Of a stretch of DNA of 64,000 nucleotides, positions 36,762 through 45,917 are shown piece after piece (the stretch's first letter is position 1; each line of letters starts with the position of its first letter). Position numbers and translations under genes: made by a program. The DNA is from an uncultured Rikenella sp. (GTDB lineage Bacteria > Bacteroidota > Bacteroidia > Bacteroidales > VadinHA17): assembly GCA_964411345.1 (NCBI GenBank), contig CAYPKP010000001.1, forward strand, positions 85,906-149,905. Reading direction: 5' to 3'. The notes under the pieces were generated by a model. That model did no database searches. It saw only the letters and a program-made list of their open reading frames with translations, and had not been told where the DNA came from.

Positions 36762-37925
36762 ATGAAGAAGATCATTTTTGTTGTTGCGGCACTTCTGTTG
36801 CTGCAGTTCAGCGGGGCAGGTGCAACCGTTGCTGACAGCACGGATGTGTACATCATCACCTGCGCTCCGGGTACTGAGAGCTACTCGATATACGGCCATA
36901 CGGCCTTGCGCATTGTCGTCCGTGGTACAACCATTGACAGGGTCTACAACTGGGGTATATTTGACTTTTCGACTCCCAATTTTGTCTACCGGTTTGCCAA
37001 GGGAAGACTTGACTACATGCTCGGAGCCTACGGATATGAGGATTTTCTTATGGAGTATATCTCCGAAGGCCGGTCAGTGTGGTCTCAGAAGCTGAACCTG
37101 ACCAACACGGAGAAGGAGAGACTCTTCGAACTGCTAAATGAAAACCTGAAGCCTGAGAATGTCAAGTACAGGTATGACTTCTTCTTCGACAACTGTGCCA
37201 CCCGCGTGCGAGACATAGTAGCGGCTGCTGCAACCGATACAGTAATATTTCCTGAGAAGGAGAGGCGGAGGCAGAAAAGTTTCCGGAGACTTGTCGATCC
37301 AAAACAAAAGGTACTGCCGTGGCTCGACCTGGGTGCTGACATGCTTCTGGGACTGCAGGCCGACAGAAAGGCCACACCCTTCGATGAAATGTTCCTTCCG
37401 GACCATCTGATGAACAACATGCTGAGTACAGTCATTGTACATGACGGCGTTGAGGAAGCCCTGACAGGGCCTGCCGAGATTGTTGCCGATTTCTCCGAGT
37501 CTGTCAGGCCGGCAGCAAAGGCCTGGGTGCCGCAGACTATCTTCTGGCTTCTGCTGCTGATCGTTCTGTTGATGACATTTTTTATCAGGAGGCCGAAGCT
37601 GGAGAAAGCGGCAGATTTTGTGATTTATTTCATCTATGCAGTCATAGCACTGCTGCTGGTTTTCACCAATCTCTTTTCCGAACATGATGCACTCCATTTC
37701 AACCTCCTTTTTCTTGGGATAAATATCCTCATCCCTGTGCTGTTCGTGCTGCTCTTCACACGAAACAAGGCAGTCCTGCTGAGCAGGACAGCTTTTTTCA
37801 TCTCCCTCTCATGGCTTCCGGTGTCACTCATTGCCGGCCAGGGGATCAATCCGGCCCTCATACCCCTTGTGCTGATAATAACTGTGAGACTCTACAGTCA
37901 CTGCGGATTTGGAAAGGAGCTTTAA
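36762..37925 (+). CDS. DUF4105 domain-containing membrane protein
   Basis: Signal peptide, then YIITCAPGTESYSIYGHTALRI, which is characteristic of DUF4105. The C-terminal region has about 4-5 TM helices. Confidence 0.75.
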   Translation: MKKIIFVVAALLLLQFSGAGATVADSTDVYIITCAPGTESYSIYGHTALRIVVRGTTIDRVYNWGIFDFSTPNFVYRFAKGRLDYMLGAYGYEDFLMEYISEGRSVWSQKLNLTNTEKERLFELLNENLKPENVKYRYDFFFDNCATRVRDIVAAAATDTVIFPEKERRRQKSFRRLVDPKQKVLPWLDLGADMLLGLQADRKATPFDEMFLPDHLMNNMLSTVIVHDGVEEALTGPAEIVADFSESVRPAAKAWVPQTIFWLLLLIVLLMTFFIRRPKLEKAADFVIYFIYAVIALLLVFTNLFSEHDALHFNLLFLGINILIPVLFVLLFTRNKAVLLSRTAFFISLSWLPVSLIAGQGINPALIPLVLIITVRLYSHCGFGKEL

Positions 37926-37948
37926 CACTACTTTAACAACCTTTAACA
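37920..37948 (+). repeat. three direct CTTTAACA repeats at 10-11 nt phasing
   Basis: Exact 8-mers lie at 37920-37927, 37931-37938 and 37941-37948. The first overlaps the DUF4105 stop codon, and the set is 69 nt upstream of the moxR start. Confidence 0.7.
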
Positions 37949-38016
37949 AGGATTTTTAATATCAGAAATGATCTTTGCGGGTAGTTTTTTCGCGGAGATA
38001 AACAATACTATACAAA

Positions 38017-39012
38017 ATGGAACACACAACAGATATCAGGCTCCTGAATGAGAAGATCGAAAGGGAGAGTGCCTTTGTTGACCTTGTCAGGCAGGAGATC
38101 AACAAGGTGATCGTGGGGCAGCGCCACCTTACTGACTCGTTGCTTATCGGCCTCCTGTCAAACGGGCATATACTGCTTGAGGGTGTGCCGGGACTGGCAA
38201 AGACTCTTGCCATCAAGACGCTGGCGTCGGTCATCGACACAAAATTCAGCCGTATACAGTTCACTCCCGACCTGCTTCCTGCGGACCTGATAGGCACCAT
38301 GATCTACAGCCAGAAGAAGGAGGAATTCATCGTACGCAAGGGTCCGATCTTTGCCAACTTCATCCTTGCCGATGAGATCAACAGGTCGCCTGCCAAGGTG
38401 CAGAGCGCACTGCTCGAGGCCATGCAGGAGCGTCAGGTGACCATCGGTGAGCACACCTACAAGCTTGATGAGCCCTTCATGGTGCTGGCAACGCAGAACC
38501 CCATAGAGCAGGAGGGGACCTATCCGCTGCCCGAGGCACAGGTTGACAGATTCATGCTCAAGGTGGTTATTACCTATCCCGACAAGGAGGAGGAACGGAT
38601 GATCATACGTGAGAACCTCGCCAGTCAGTTCCCCACGGCCAACACCATACTGAAGCCTGATGATATTCTGAGAGCACGGAGCGTGGTAAAGGAGGTCTAC
38701 CTCGATGAGAAGATCGAGAATTACATCCTCGACATTGTCTTTGCGACCCGCAGCCCGGAGAAATTCGGACTGGAAAAGTTCTCCCCCCTGATTTCATACG
38801 GGGCATCTCCAAGGGCCGGCATCAACCTTGCCATGGCTGCCAAAGCCTACGCCTTCATCAGGAGAAGAGGCTTCGTGGTGCCTGAGGATGTGAGATTTCT
38901 ATGTGCTGATGTGCTCAGACACCGCATAGGCCTGACCTATGAAGCCGAGGCAGAGAACATTACGCAGGACAATATTATTTCCGAGATACTCAATACTGTT
39001 GAAGTGCCATAG
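38017..39012 (+). CDS. MoxR-family AAA+ ATPase (first gene of the Bat locus)
   Basis: Walker A variant LLEGVPGLAKT, Walker B ILADEINR, and a typical MoxR length of 331 aa. Confidence 0.93.
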   Translation: MEHTTDIRLLNEKIERESAFVDLVRQEINKVIVGQRHLTDSLLIGLLSNGHILLEGVPGLAKTLAIKTLASVIDTKFSRIQFTPDLLPADLIGTMIYSQKKEEFIVRKGPIFANFILADEINRSPAKVQSALLEAMQERQVTIGEHTYKLDEPFMVLATQNPIEQEGTYPLPEAQVDRFMLKVVITYPDKEEERMIIRENLASQFPTANTILKPDDILRARSVVKEVYLDEKIENYILDIVFATRSPEKFGLEKFSPLISYGASPRAGINLAMAAKAYAFIRRRGFVVPEDVRFLCADVLRHRIGLTYEAEAENITQDNIISEILNTVEVP

Positions 39013-39017
39013 TAGCC

Positions 39018-39458
39018 ATGAAAAGGATCCTGCTGGCAACTCTGCTCTTTTTCTGCATGCTCTCCCTTAAATCCCAGGGATACATAGGGCTCCATGAGCG
39101 TGATATCATGCATTCAATGGATATGGAACACCCGGGGTTGGTGCTGCAGAGCGACGTCAGGAACAGCAGTGTAAGGTATCTGAAGTATCTGTCCGGGGAC
39201 AATCAGGAGACCTGGGTTATTTTTCTTGATGAGCAAGGGATCTGCAAAGGGGTAAGGATAACGTGTGCCAACAGCCGTTATGACAGCAGGATCAGGGAAC
39301 TTAATGAGATGTATCAGCCCGGCCTGCTCAACATGTGGAGCTACACGGAGAAAAGCGGGAAGATAGATGTCAGCCTCAGGCGTGACGATTACTATTTTAC
39401 AGTCACCTGGGAGAGGGCAAAGAAGAGAGTGAAAAGTGGAAACGACAGAGCTGCTTAA
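39018..39458 (+). CDS. small secreted hypothetical protein inserted between moxR and the DUF58 gene
   Basis: 146-aa ORF with an N-terminal signal peptide (MKRILLATLLFFCMLSLKSQG). It starts 5 nt after the moxR stop, and its last 23 nt overlap the DUF58 start. I recognise no family. Confidence 0.55.
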   Translation: MKRILLATLLFFCMLSLKSQGYIGLHERDIMHSMDMEHPGLVLQSDVRNSSVRYLKYLSGDNQETWVIFLDEQGICKGVRITCANSRYDSRIRELNEMYQPGLLNMWSYTEKSGKIDVSLRRDDYYFTVTWERAKKRVKSGNDRAA

Positions 39459-40299
39459 GAAAGTAAGGAAGATCGAGATAAGATCGAGGGGTCTTACCAG
39501 GCAGATTTTTGCCGGTGAGTACCACAGTGCCTTTCGCGGCCGGGGAATGGCATTCAGCGAGGTCCGCGAATACCAGTTCGGGGATGACATCCGCAACATC
39601 GACTGGAATGTCACAGCCCGGTTAGGCCATCCCTACATAAAGATATTCGAGGAAGAACGCGAGCTGACGGTCATGTTGCTCATGGATGTCAGTCGCTCCG
39701 GTGATTTCGGTACCTCAGCTTCAACGAAGAGAGAGCTGATGACGGAGATAGCAGCCGTGCTGGCCTATTCGGTGATTGCCAATAATGACAAGGTGGGACT
39801 GATGCTTTTCTCTGACAGGGTTGAGAAGTACATACCTCCCAAGAAAGGCAGGGCACACATGTTGCGCATTATCAGGGAGATGCTCAGCTATGAACCTGCC
39901 GGCTCAGGCACATCCCTGTCAGAACCGCTGAGGTATCTTACAAATGTCATCAGGAAAAGGTGTACGGCATTCATCCTCTCGGACTTCATGGCGCCACCCT
40001 TCACCGAGTCGCTGCGTATTGCATCGGGCAAGCATGATGTTGTGGCCCTGCGTATCAGTGACAGGAGGGAGAGGGAGATGCCTGACATAGGCTTTGTAAA
40101 GGTTGCTGACCCGGAGACGGGGAAAGAGGATTGGATCGACACCTCTTCCGCCCGAATCAGAAGGGAGTATGCCGAACGGTGGAAGAGGCACGACGAGTCC
40201 GTCAGCAATACATTTGTAAACTGCGGGGTGGATGTGGCCACCGTCACTACGGGCGCTGACTACATCAAGCCACTTATATCACTCTTCAAGCACAGGTAA
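39436..40299 (+). CDS. DUF58 domain-containing protein (VWA-like, MoxR partner)
   Basis: GTG start. The sequence has GEYHSAFRGRGMAFSEVREYQFGDDIRNIDW, the DUF58 hallmark. Confidence 0.9.
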   Translation: METTELLKKVRKIEIRSRGLTRQIFAGEYHSAFRGRGMAFSEVREYQFGDDIRNIDWNVTARLGHPYIKIFEEERELTVMLLMDVSRSGDFGTSASTKRELMTEIAAVLAYSVIANNDKVGLMLFSDRVEKYIPPKKGRAHMLRIIREMLSYEPAGSGTSLSEPLRYLTNVIRKRCTAFILSDFMAPPFTESLRIASGKHDVVALRISDRREREMPDIGFVKVADPETGKEDWIDTSSARIRREYAERWKRHDESVSNTFVNCGVDVATVTTGADYIKPLISLFKHR

Positions 40300-40302
40300 G
40301 GC

Positions 40303-41271
40303 ATGAAAAGGATTTTAACCCTCATATCAGCCTTGTGCCTGTTACATGCTGCGGTATCTGCCCAGGAGGTGACGGTAACCTCCGTGCCTGACACCACAGC
40401 GATTCTCATTGGTGACCAGACCGGGTTTACCGTCTCGGCGGTGATGCCCGCCGGCACGGCGGCAGGCCTCAGCGAAGCAGGAGACACCCTCGCCGGCAAG
40501 ATCGTTATACTGCGCAGAAGCCCCAGGGACAGTGCTGCAGGACCCGACGGGAAAATCATAATCACCGACAGGTATCTGATAACGGCATTCGATTCGGGAA
40601 CTTACACCATACCTCCCTTTTATGCGGAAGTGGCCTCCGGAGATACCCTTCTCAGGTACTATTCGGATGACTCATTCCTCAGGGTCCTGCGACCCGACGT
40701 CACGCCTCCTGACAGCACCGAGGTGATATTCGATATCATTCCTCCGCGCCGGGCGCCGGTGACTTTTGCGGAGATATTGCCGTGGCTTGTGATAGCCTTA
40801 GTGGCTGCAGTACTTCTATATCTCCTGGCCCGATTCCTGCCACGAAACCCTCTCAGGAGATTTGTGAGGCCTCTTCCCCCTCCGGAGCCGGCCCATGTTA
40901 TTGCACTGCGGGAGCTGTCGGTTCTGAGATCCGAAGAGTTGTGGCAGAAGGGAGAGGTCAAGGAATACTATTCACGGCTGTCGGATATCCTGCGCCGGTA
41001 CATCGATAACCGCTACGGCATCAGTTCCCCCGAACTGACCACCGATGAAACCGTGCGGATGCTTCAAAAGGCAGCTGTTACCACAGGCCCGCAGATGTCA
41101 GTGGTCAAAGAGATACTGTCTCTCTCAGATATGGTGAAATTCGCCAAATATGTTCCTGAGACCAGCTTGCATGAGAAATGTTATGAGGATGCCCTGAAGT
41201 TTGTAGAAGAGACAAAAAAGACGGAAGAGACTGCCGGAGAGATGGCAGGGGAAGGAGGCAGTCATGCATAA
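40303..41271 (+). CDS. Bat-locus membrane protein (DUF4381-like)
   Basis: Signal peptide, one central TM helix (ILPWLVIALVAAVLLYLLARF), and the conserved position between the DUF58 gene and batA. Confidence 0.6.
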   Translation: MKRILTLISALCLLHAAVSAQEVTVTSVPDTTAILIGDQTGFTVSAVMPAGTAAGLSEAGDTLAGKIVILRRSPRDSAAGPDGKIIITDRYLITAFDSGTYTIPPFYAEVASGDTLLRYYSDDSFLRVLRPDVTPPDSTEVIFDIIPPRRAPVTFAEILPWLVIALVAAVLLYLLARFLPRNPLRRFVRPLPPPEPAHVIALRELSVLRSEELWQKGEVKEYYSRLSDILRRYIDNRYGISSPELTTDETVRMLQKAAVTTGPQMSVVKEILSLSDMVKFAKYVPETSLHEKCYEDALKFVEETKKTEETAGEMAGEGGSHA

Positions 41272-42256
41272 CATCGTCTTTGAAAACGGATGGTTCCTGT
41301 GGTTCCTCCTTGTCATACCTCTGCTTCTGGCATATTATCTCTACCGCCAGAACAGATCACATGCTGCACTGAAGCTCTCCACTGCCGGTTTTTTCGGAGA
41401 GAGCCGCAATACCTTCCGCCATTGGCTCAGGCATGTTCTTTTTGCCATGAGACTGGCAGTCATCGCACTGGTGATCATCGTCATTGCCAGGCCTCAGAAC
41501 GTCGATAAATGGCAGAGTTCCACAACCGAGGGCATCGATATTGTGCTGGCTCTTGACGTCTCAGGCTCCATGCTGGCCCGCGACTTCAGTCCAGACAGGC
41601 TCGAGGCCTCAAAGAATGTTGCCACCGAGTTCATCAGTGGCAGGCCCTATGACCGCATAGGACTGACGGTATTCAGCGGGGAGAGCTTTACACAGTGCCC
41701 GCTGACCACTGATCATGCCGTGCTGATAAACCTTCTGAGGGAGATAAAGAGCGGAATGATAGAAGACGGGACTGCCATAGGTGTCGGACTGGCGACGGCC
41801 ATCAACCGGATCAAGGACTCGGATGCAATAAGCAAGGTCATCATCCTGCTTACCGACGGTGTGAACAATATGGGATCTATAGACCCAATGACCGCTGCCG
41901 AAATAGCACACACCTTCGGCATAAGGGTCTATACCATCGGCGTAGGTAGCAGGGGTTACGCCGATTACCCGGTGCAGACCCCCTTTGGTATGCGTTATCA
42001 GAAGATGCAGGTGGAGATAGATGAGGCGTTGCTGAAAGAGATAGCTGACCTGACCGGAGGCAGGTATTTCAGGGCTGTCGACAACAGCAGTCTGCAGCAG
42101 GTTTACAGCGAGATAGACAAGCTTGAGAAATCAAAGATAGAGACCAGGGAGCACAGCAGACGCGAGGAGGTATTCATGCCGTGGGCACTGGCGGCGGCAA
42201 TCATCCTCACCCTCGAATTGCTGCTCAGGTATCTCTTCCTTAAAAATATGTCATAG
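41264..42256 (+). CDS. batA: VWA domain-containing aerotolerance protein BatA
   Basis: N-terminal TM helices, a VWA MIDAS motif (DVSGSM) and a C-terminal TM helix. It overlaps the upstream gene by 8 nt. Confidence 0.88.
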   Translation: MHNIVFENGWFLWFLLVIPLLLAYYLYRQNRSHAALKLSTAGFFGESRNTFRHWLRHVLFAMRLAVIALVIIVIARPQNVDKWQSSTTEGIDIVLALDVSGSMLARDFSPDRLEASKNVATEFISGRPYDRIGLTVFSGESFTQCPLTTDHAVLINLLREIKSGMIEDGTAIGVGLATAINRIKDSDAISKVIILLTDGVNNMGSIDPMTAAEIAHTFGIRVYTIGVGSRGYADYPVQTPFGMRYQKMQVEIDEALLKEIADLTGGRYFRAVDNSSLQQVYSEIDKLEKSKIETREHSRREEVFMPWALAAAIILTLELLLRYLFLKNMS

Positions 42257-42262
42257 CAAGCC

Positions 42263-43318
42263 ATGGATACTTTCAGATTCGCCAATCCCGATATTCTTTA
42301 CCTGCTCCTACTGGTGCCGGTACTGATCCTTATCTGGGCTGCAGGCAACAGGCGAAGGAGACTGGCAAGGGATCGCTTTGGCGACCCCGGGCTTGTCAGA
42401 AGGCTCACTCCCGATTATTCGCCGGCGCGTATGGCTGTGAAGTTCTTCATAAGGCTGACGGCATTTGTTCTTGCACTGCTGACGGTGGCAAGACCCCAGT
42501 TCGGTTCGAGGCTCGAGGAGGTAAGGCGCGAAGGTGTTGAGGTTATTATAGCACTGGATGTCAGCAACTCAATGCTGGCTACCGATATTAATCCTTCAAG
42601 GCTTGAGCGTGCCAGGCAGGCTATCTCGCAGCTGGTTGATCAGCTCAGGAATGACAGGATAGGGCTGATACTCTTCGCCGGTGATGCCTACACGCAGATA
42701 CCGGTCACGAATGACTATCTCTCCGCCAAGATGTTCCTCGCCTCCGCCGGCCCTGATGCCGTTTCAAAGCAGGGAACGGCAATAGGTGCAGCGATAGAGC
42801 TTGGGATCAGGTCATTCACTCCGGAGAGCGAAAAGAGCAGGGCGCTGATAATAATAACCGACGGAGAGAACCATGAGGATGATGCAGTGGAGCAGGCCCG
42901 CCTGGCAGCCGAAAAGGGCATTACTGTCCACACCATAGGCATAGGCTCGCCGGAAGGCTCTCCGATACCGGTAACGGCAGGCGGCAGGACCGACTACCTC
43001 AGGGACAGGGAGGGCAACACCGTCATCTCCAAGCTTGATGAGAAGACGCTCAGGGAGATAGCATCCGTTACGGGAGGAAATTATGTCAGGGCCAGCAACA
43101 GCAGCATTGGCCTGAATGAGATTTACAATGATATCGGCCGCATGAAGAAGAGCGAAACGAATACGGTGATGTATACCGAATACAATGACCAGTTCCTGGT
43201 GCTGGCCGTGCTTCTCTTCCTGCTGCTGGTTGCCGATCTGCTTCTTGCCGACCGCAGGAGCCATCTTATGAGGCGGCTTGGGATAGTGGCATCAGATTTG
43301 AAAAAGGCTGAGAGATGA
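42263..43318 (+). CDS. batB: VWA domain-containing aerotolerance protein BatB
   Basis: Same architecture as BatA (FANPDILYLLLLVP..., MIDAS DVSNSM, C-terminal TM helix). Confidence 0.88.
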   Translation: MDTFRFANPDILYLLLLVPVLILIWAAGNRRRRLARDRFGDPGLVRRLTPDYSPARMAVKFFIRLTAFVLALLTVARPQFGSRLEEVRREGVEVIIALDVSNSMLATDINPSRLERARQAISQLVDQLRNDRIGLILFAGDAYTQIPVTNDYLSAKMFLASAGPDAVSKQGTAIGAAIELGIRSFTPESEKSRALIIITDGENHEDDAVEQARLAAEKGITVHTIGIGSPEGSPIPVTAGGRTDYLRDREGNTVISKLDEKTLREIASVTGGNYVRASNSSIGLNEIYNDIGRMKKSETNTVMYTEYNDQFLVLAVLLFLLLVADLLLADRRSHLMRRLGIVASDLKKAER

Positions 43319-44055
43319 GAAACAGGGTAAACATAGCAAGGATCATTGTGACTGCGATGGGGATATTACTCGCACTTCCTTCACTCTCCGCACAGGATGA
43401 GCGTGAATATATCAGGAAGGGGAACAGGCTGTACAAAAAGAGCGAGTTTGCCGGCAGCGAAGGCATGTACCGAAGGGCGCAGGAGCAGGAGCGGTCAACT
43501 GAAGATGCCGGTTTCAACCTGGGGAATGCCCTTTACAAGCAGAGCAGGTACGGGGAGGCTGCCGACGAGTTTTTGAGGTCGGCAGTTGAAGGTGAATCAG
43601 ACACGGTCAGGACGGCACAGAGCCTCTATAACCTCGGGAACTCACTGATCAAAGAGCAGAAGTATGAGGAAGGTATCAGGGCCTATATCAACTCCCTGAA
43701 GCTCGATCCCGGCAACATGGAGGCCAAATACAATCTCGCCTGGGCGCAGGATCAGCTGCAGCAGCAACAGCAGCAGGAGCAGAATAAGGATCAAAACCAG
43801 GATCAGCAGGACAAAGACAATAAGAAGGAAGAAAATCAAGACCAGCAACAGCAGGAGCAGAACAGGGATCAGCAGCAGGAGCAGCCACAGGATCAGGAGC
43901 AGCAGCAACAGCAGCAACAGCAGGAGCAGTCAATAAGCAGGGAAGATGCAAAGCGACTCCTTGATGCCCTGGCGGCCAACGAGAAGGATACGCAGGAGAA
44001 GGTACAGCGTGAGAAGGCCGCAAAGGCGAGGGTAAGGGTGATTAAAAATTGGTAA
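43315..44055 (+). CDS. batC: TPR protein BatC with Gln/Asp/Glu-rich low-complexity C-terminal half
   Basis: Signal/TM segment, then TPR repeats (NLGNALYKQSRYGEAADEF; YNLGNSLIKEQKYEEGIRAY), then a QQQQQEQNKDQNQDQQ... tract. The start overlaps batB by 4 nt. Confidence 0.85.
   Translation: MRNRVNIARIIVTAMGILLALPSLSAQDEREYIRKGNRLYKKSEFAGSEGMYRRAQEQERSTEDAGFNLGNALYKQSRYGEAADEFLRSAVEGESDTVRTAQSLYNLGNSLIKEQKYEEGIRAYINSLKLDPGNMEAKYNLAWAQDQLQQQQQQEQNKDQNQDQQDKDNKKEENQDQQQQEQNRDQQQEQPQDQEQQQQQQQQEQSISREDAKRLLDALAANEKDTQEKVQREKAAKARVRVIKNW
43747..43930 (+). repeat. imperfect CAG/CAA/GAC trinucleotide-rich tract encoding the BatC poly-Q/E/D region
   Basis: Runs such as cagcagcaacagcagcaggagcag and gagcagcagcaacagcagcaacagcaggagcag are visible. 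Confidence 0.8.
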
Positions 44056-44066
44056 TTTTGGCGTTG

Positions 44067-45905
44067 ATGAAGAGATATATCCTGACATTGTTTAGTCTTC
44101 TGGCAGCACTGACACTCTCTGCCCAGGAGGTTAATCTGACTGTCGATGCTCCTGCGAGAGCCGTGGCAGGAGAGCGTTTCAGGATAGTCTATACCGTCAA
44201 CGCAACAGGGGGTCAGTTCAGTCCACCTGCCTTTGATCCCTCTTTCAGTGTCTCCGGCCCGCAGCAGTCTACAAGTAGAAATGTGCAGTGGATCAACGGT
44301 GAGATGAGCTCTGTATCGACAACAACACTGATTTATTATGTTGTTGCCACCGTGCCGGGAAGATATACCATCCCTGCGGCGAGTTTCGAGAGCAAAAATG
44401 TATCGGTCACCGCTCCGGCGAGGGAGATTGAGGTAGTCGCAGGCGGCAGTGCCCCTACACAGGGTCAGGGGCAGGCCCAGAGTCAGGTGCCGGCTCAGGG
44501 GTCAGGGCAGCCTTCAGGTTTGCAGGCCGCAGACGGGGGCACGGATATCTCACTGAGGCTCCAGGTCAGCACCCGGGAAGTATACGTAGGACAGCCTGTC
44601 GCGGCCACCCTCAAGCTCTATACGCGGGTGAACCTGTCGGGCATCAATGAACTGAAGTACCCCGACTTCAAGGGGTTCCTCAGGGAAGACCAGGAGACAC
44701 CGGAGCTCAGAAGCCTTGAAAATGAAGTAATTGACGGAGTACAGTACGGGACAGGGGTACTTCAGCGCTTTCTCCTCTATCCGCAGATCTCAGGTGAGAT
44801 TCGCATCGAACCGGTGCAGATGACTGCCATGGTGCAGCAGCGCACGAGCATGCGCGATCCCTTCTTCGACGACCCGTTTTTTGACAGCTTCTTTTCCGGC
44901 GTCTCAACAGTCCCGCGATCGGTCTCCTCACAGCCGGTTACCATCAGGGTAAAGCCACTTCCCGAACCACGACCTGCCGACTTTCACGGTGCTGTCGGCT
45001 CCTTCACCCTCACCTCCGATATGTCGAAATCAGAGGTTGAGGTAAATGATGCTGTTGATCTGATAATCAGCATCAAAGGATCTGGTAATCTCAACCTCGC
45101 AGGAGAGCCTGTGATCAACTTCCCGCAGGGAATTGAGAAGTATGATCCTGAAGTCACAGTCAGGAGTTCCGGCACTGCCTCCGGAAGCAAAACCTTTAAA
45201 TACCTCCTCATTCCGAGGAACAGCGGCACTTTCGAGATACCTCCGGTATCATATACGGTTTTTGACCCGCAACAGCAGAAATATGTCACGCTGAGAAGTG
45301 AAGGATACAGCATCACCGTCACCGGCAGCGGTGATCAGGCAGAGGTTGCAGCGCCGGTCTATATTCCTGGAGAGGATGTGAAGTACCTGGGGCAGGATAT
45401 ACGCTTCATCAGGAGCGGCAGCGGTAACCTGACTGTCATCAGGCAGCCCCTGGTGAAGACATCATACTACTGGCTCTGGTTTGCCCTCGCGCTCTTTGTG
45501 GCATTGGTGGTGCTTCTTCTGCGGCGCGGGCAGATGCGCCGTAACGCTGACCTTACGGGCTTGCGGAACCGCAAGGCTGCCAGAAATGCACGCAGAAGGC
45601 TGGCGAAGGCCAGGTCGCTGCTTGGCTCTGGCATGACGGAACAGGCCGGCTCCGAGCTGGCAAAGGCCCTGTGGGGTTATCTTGCCGACAAACTCTCAAT
45701 GCCACAGTCGCAGATCACAAGGGAAAACTGCCATGCAGGATTGAGAGCCAGGAATGTGGATGAAGGGTTGATCACGGAGTTTGACAGCATAATATCTGTC
45801 ACCGAGTATTCGCAGTATGCACCCAGGAGTGAGGGAGAGAGTCCTGCTGCACTGCTTGAGAGGGCCTCCCTGCTTATCGGCAGGCTTGACAATGTGCTGG
45901 ATTAA
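44067..45905 (+). CDS. batD: BatD family oxygen-tolerance protein
   Basis: ATG 44067 gives a signal peptide (MKRYILTLFSLLAALTLSAQ). It has repeated BatD beta-sandwich modules, a TM helix near residue 470 and an Arg-rich segment. The track TTG at 44049 is rejected. Confidence 0.85.
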   Translation: MKRYILTLFSLLAALTLSAQEVNLTVDAPARAVAGERFRIVYTVNATGGQFSPPAFDPSFSVSGPQQSTSRNVQWINGEMSSVSTTTLIYYVVATVPGRYTIPAASFESKNVSVTAPAREIEVVAGGSAPTQGQGQAQSQVPAQGSGQPSGLQAADGGTDISLRLQVSTREVYVGQPVAATLKLYTRVNLSGINELKYPDFKGFLREDQETPELRSLENEVIDGVQYGTGVLQRFLLYPQISGEIRIEPVQMTAMVQQRTSMRDPFFDDPFFDSFFSGVSTVPRSVSSQPVTIRVKPLPEPRPADFHGAVGSFTLTSDMSKSEVEVNDAVDLIISIKGSGNLNLAGEPVINFPQGIEKYDPEVTVRSSGTASGSKTFKYLLIPRNSGTFEIPPVSYTVFDPQQQKYVTLRSEGYSITVTGSGDQAEVAAPVYIPGEDVKYLGQDIRFIRSGSGNLTVIRQPLVKTSYYWLWFALALFVALVVLLLRRGQMRRNADLTGLRNRKAARNARRRLAKARSLLGSGMTEQAGSELAKALWGYLADKLSMPQSQITRENCHAGLRARNVDEGLITEFDSIISVTEYSQYAPRSEGESPAALLERASLLIGRLDNVLD

Positions 45906-45917
45906 AATTGTAATGAG

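Noticed and set aside
37134-37697. 187-aa minus-strand ORF antisense to the DUF4105 gene
   Set aside because: It is a shadow ORF. The plus-strand gene has the family hallmark and coherent TM topology.
43642-43917. 91-aa poly-Leu minus-strand ORF, plus the 111-aa ORF at 43688-44023
   Set aside because: Both are antisense by-products of the CAG/CAA repeat tract in batC.
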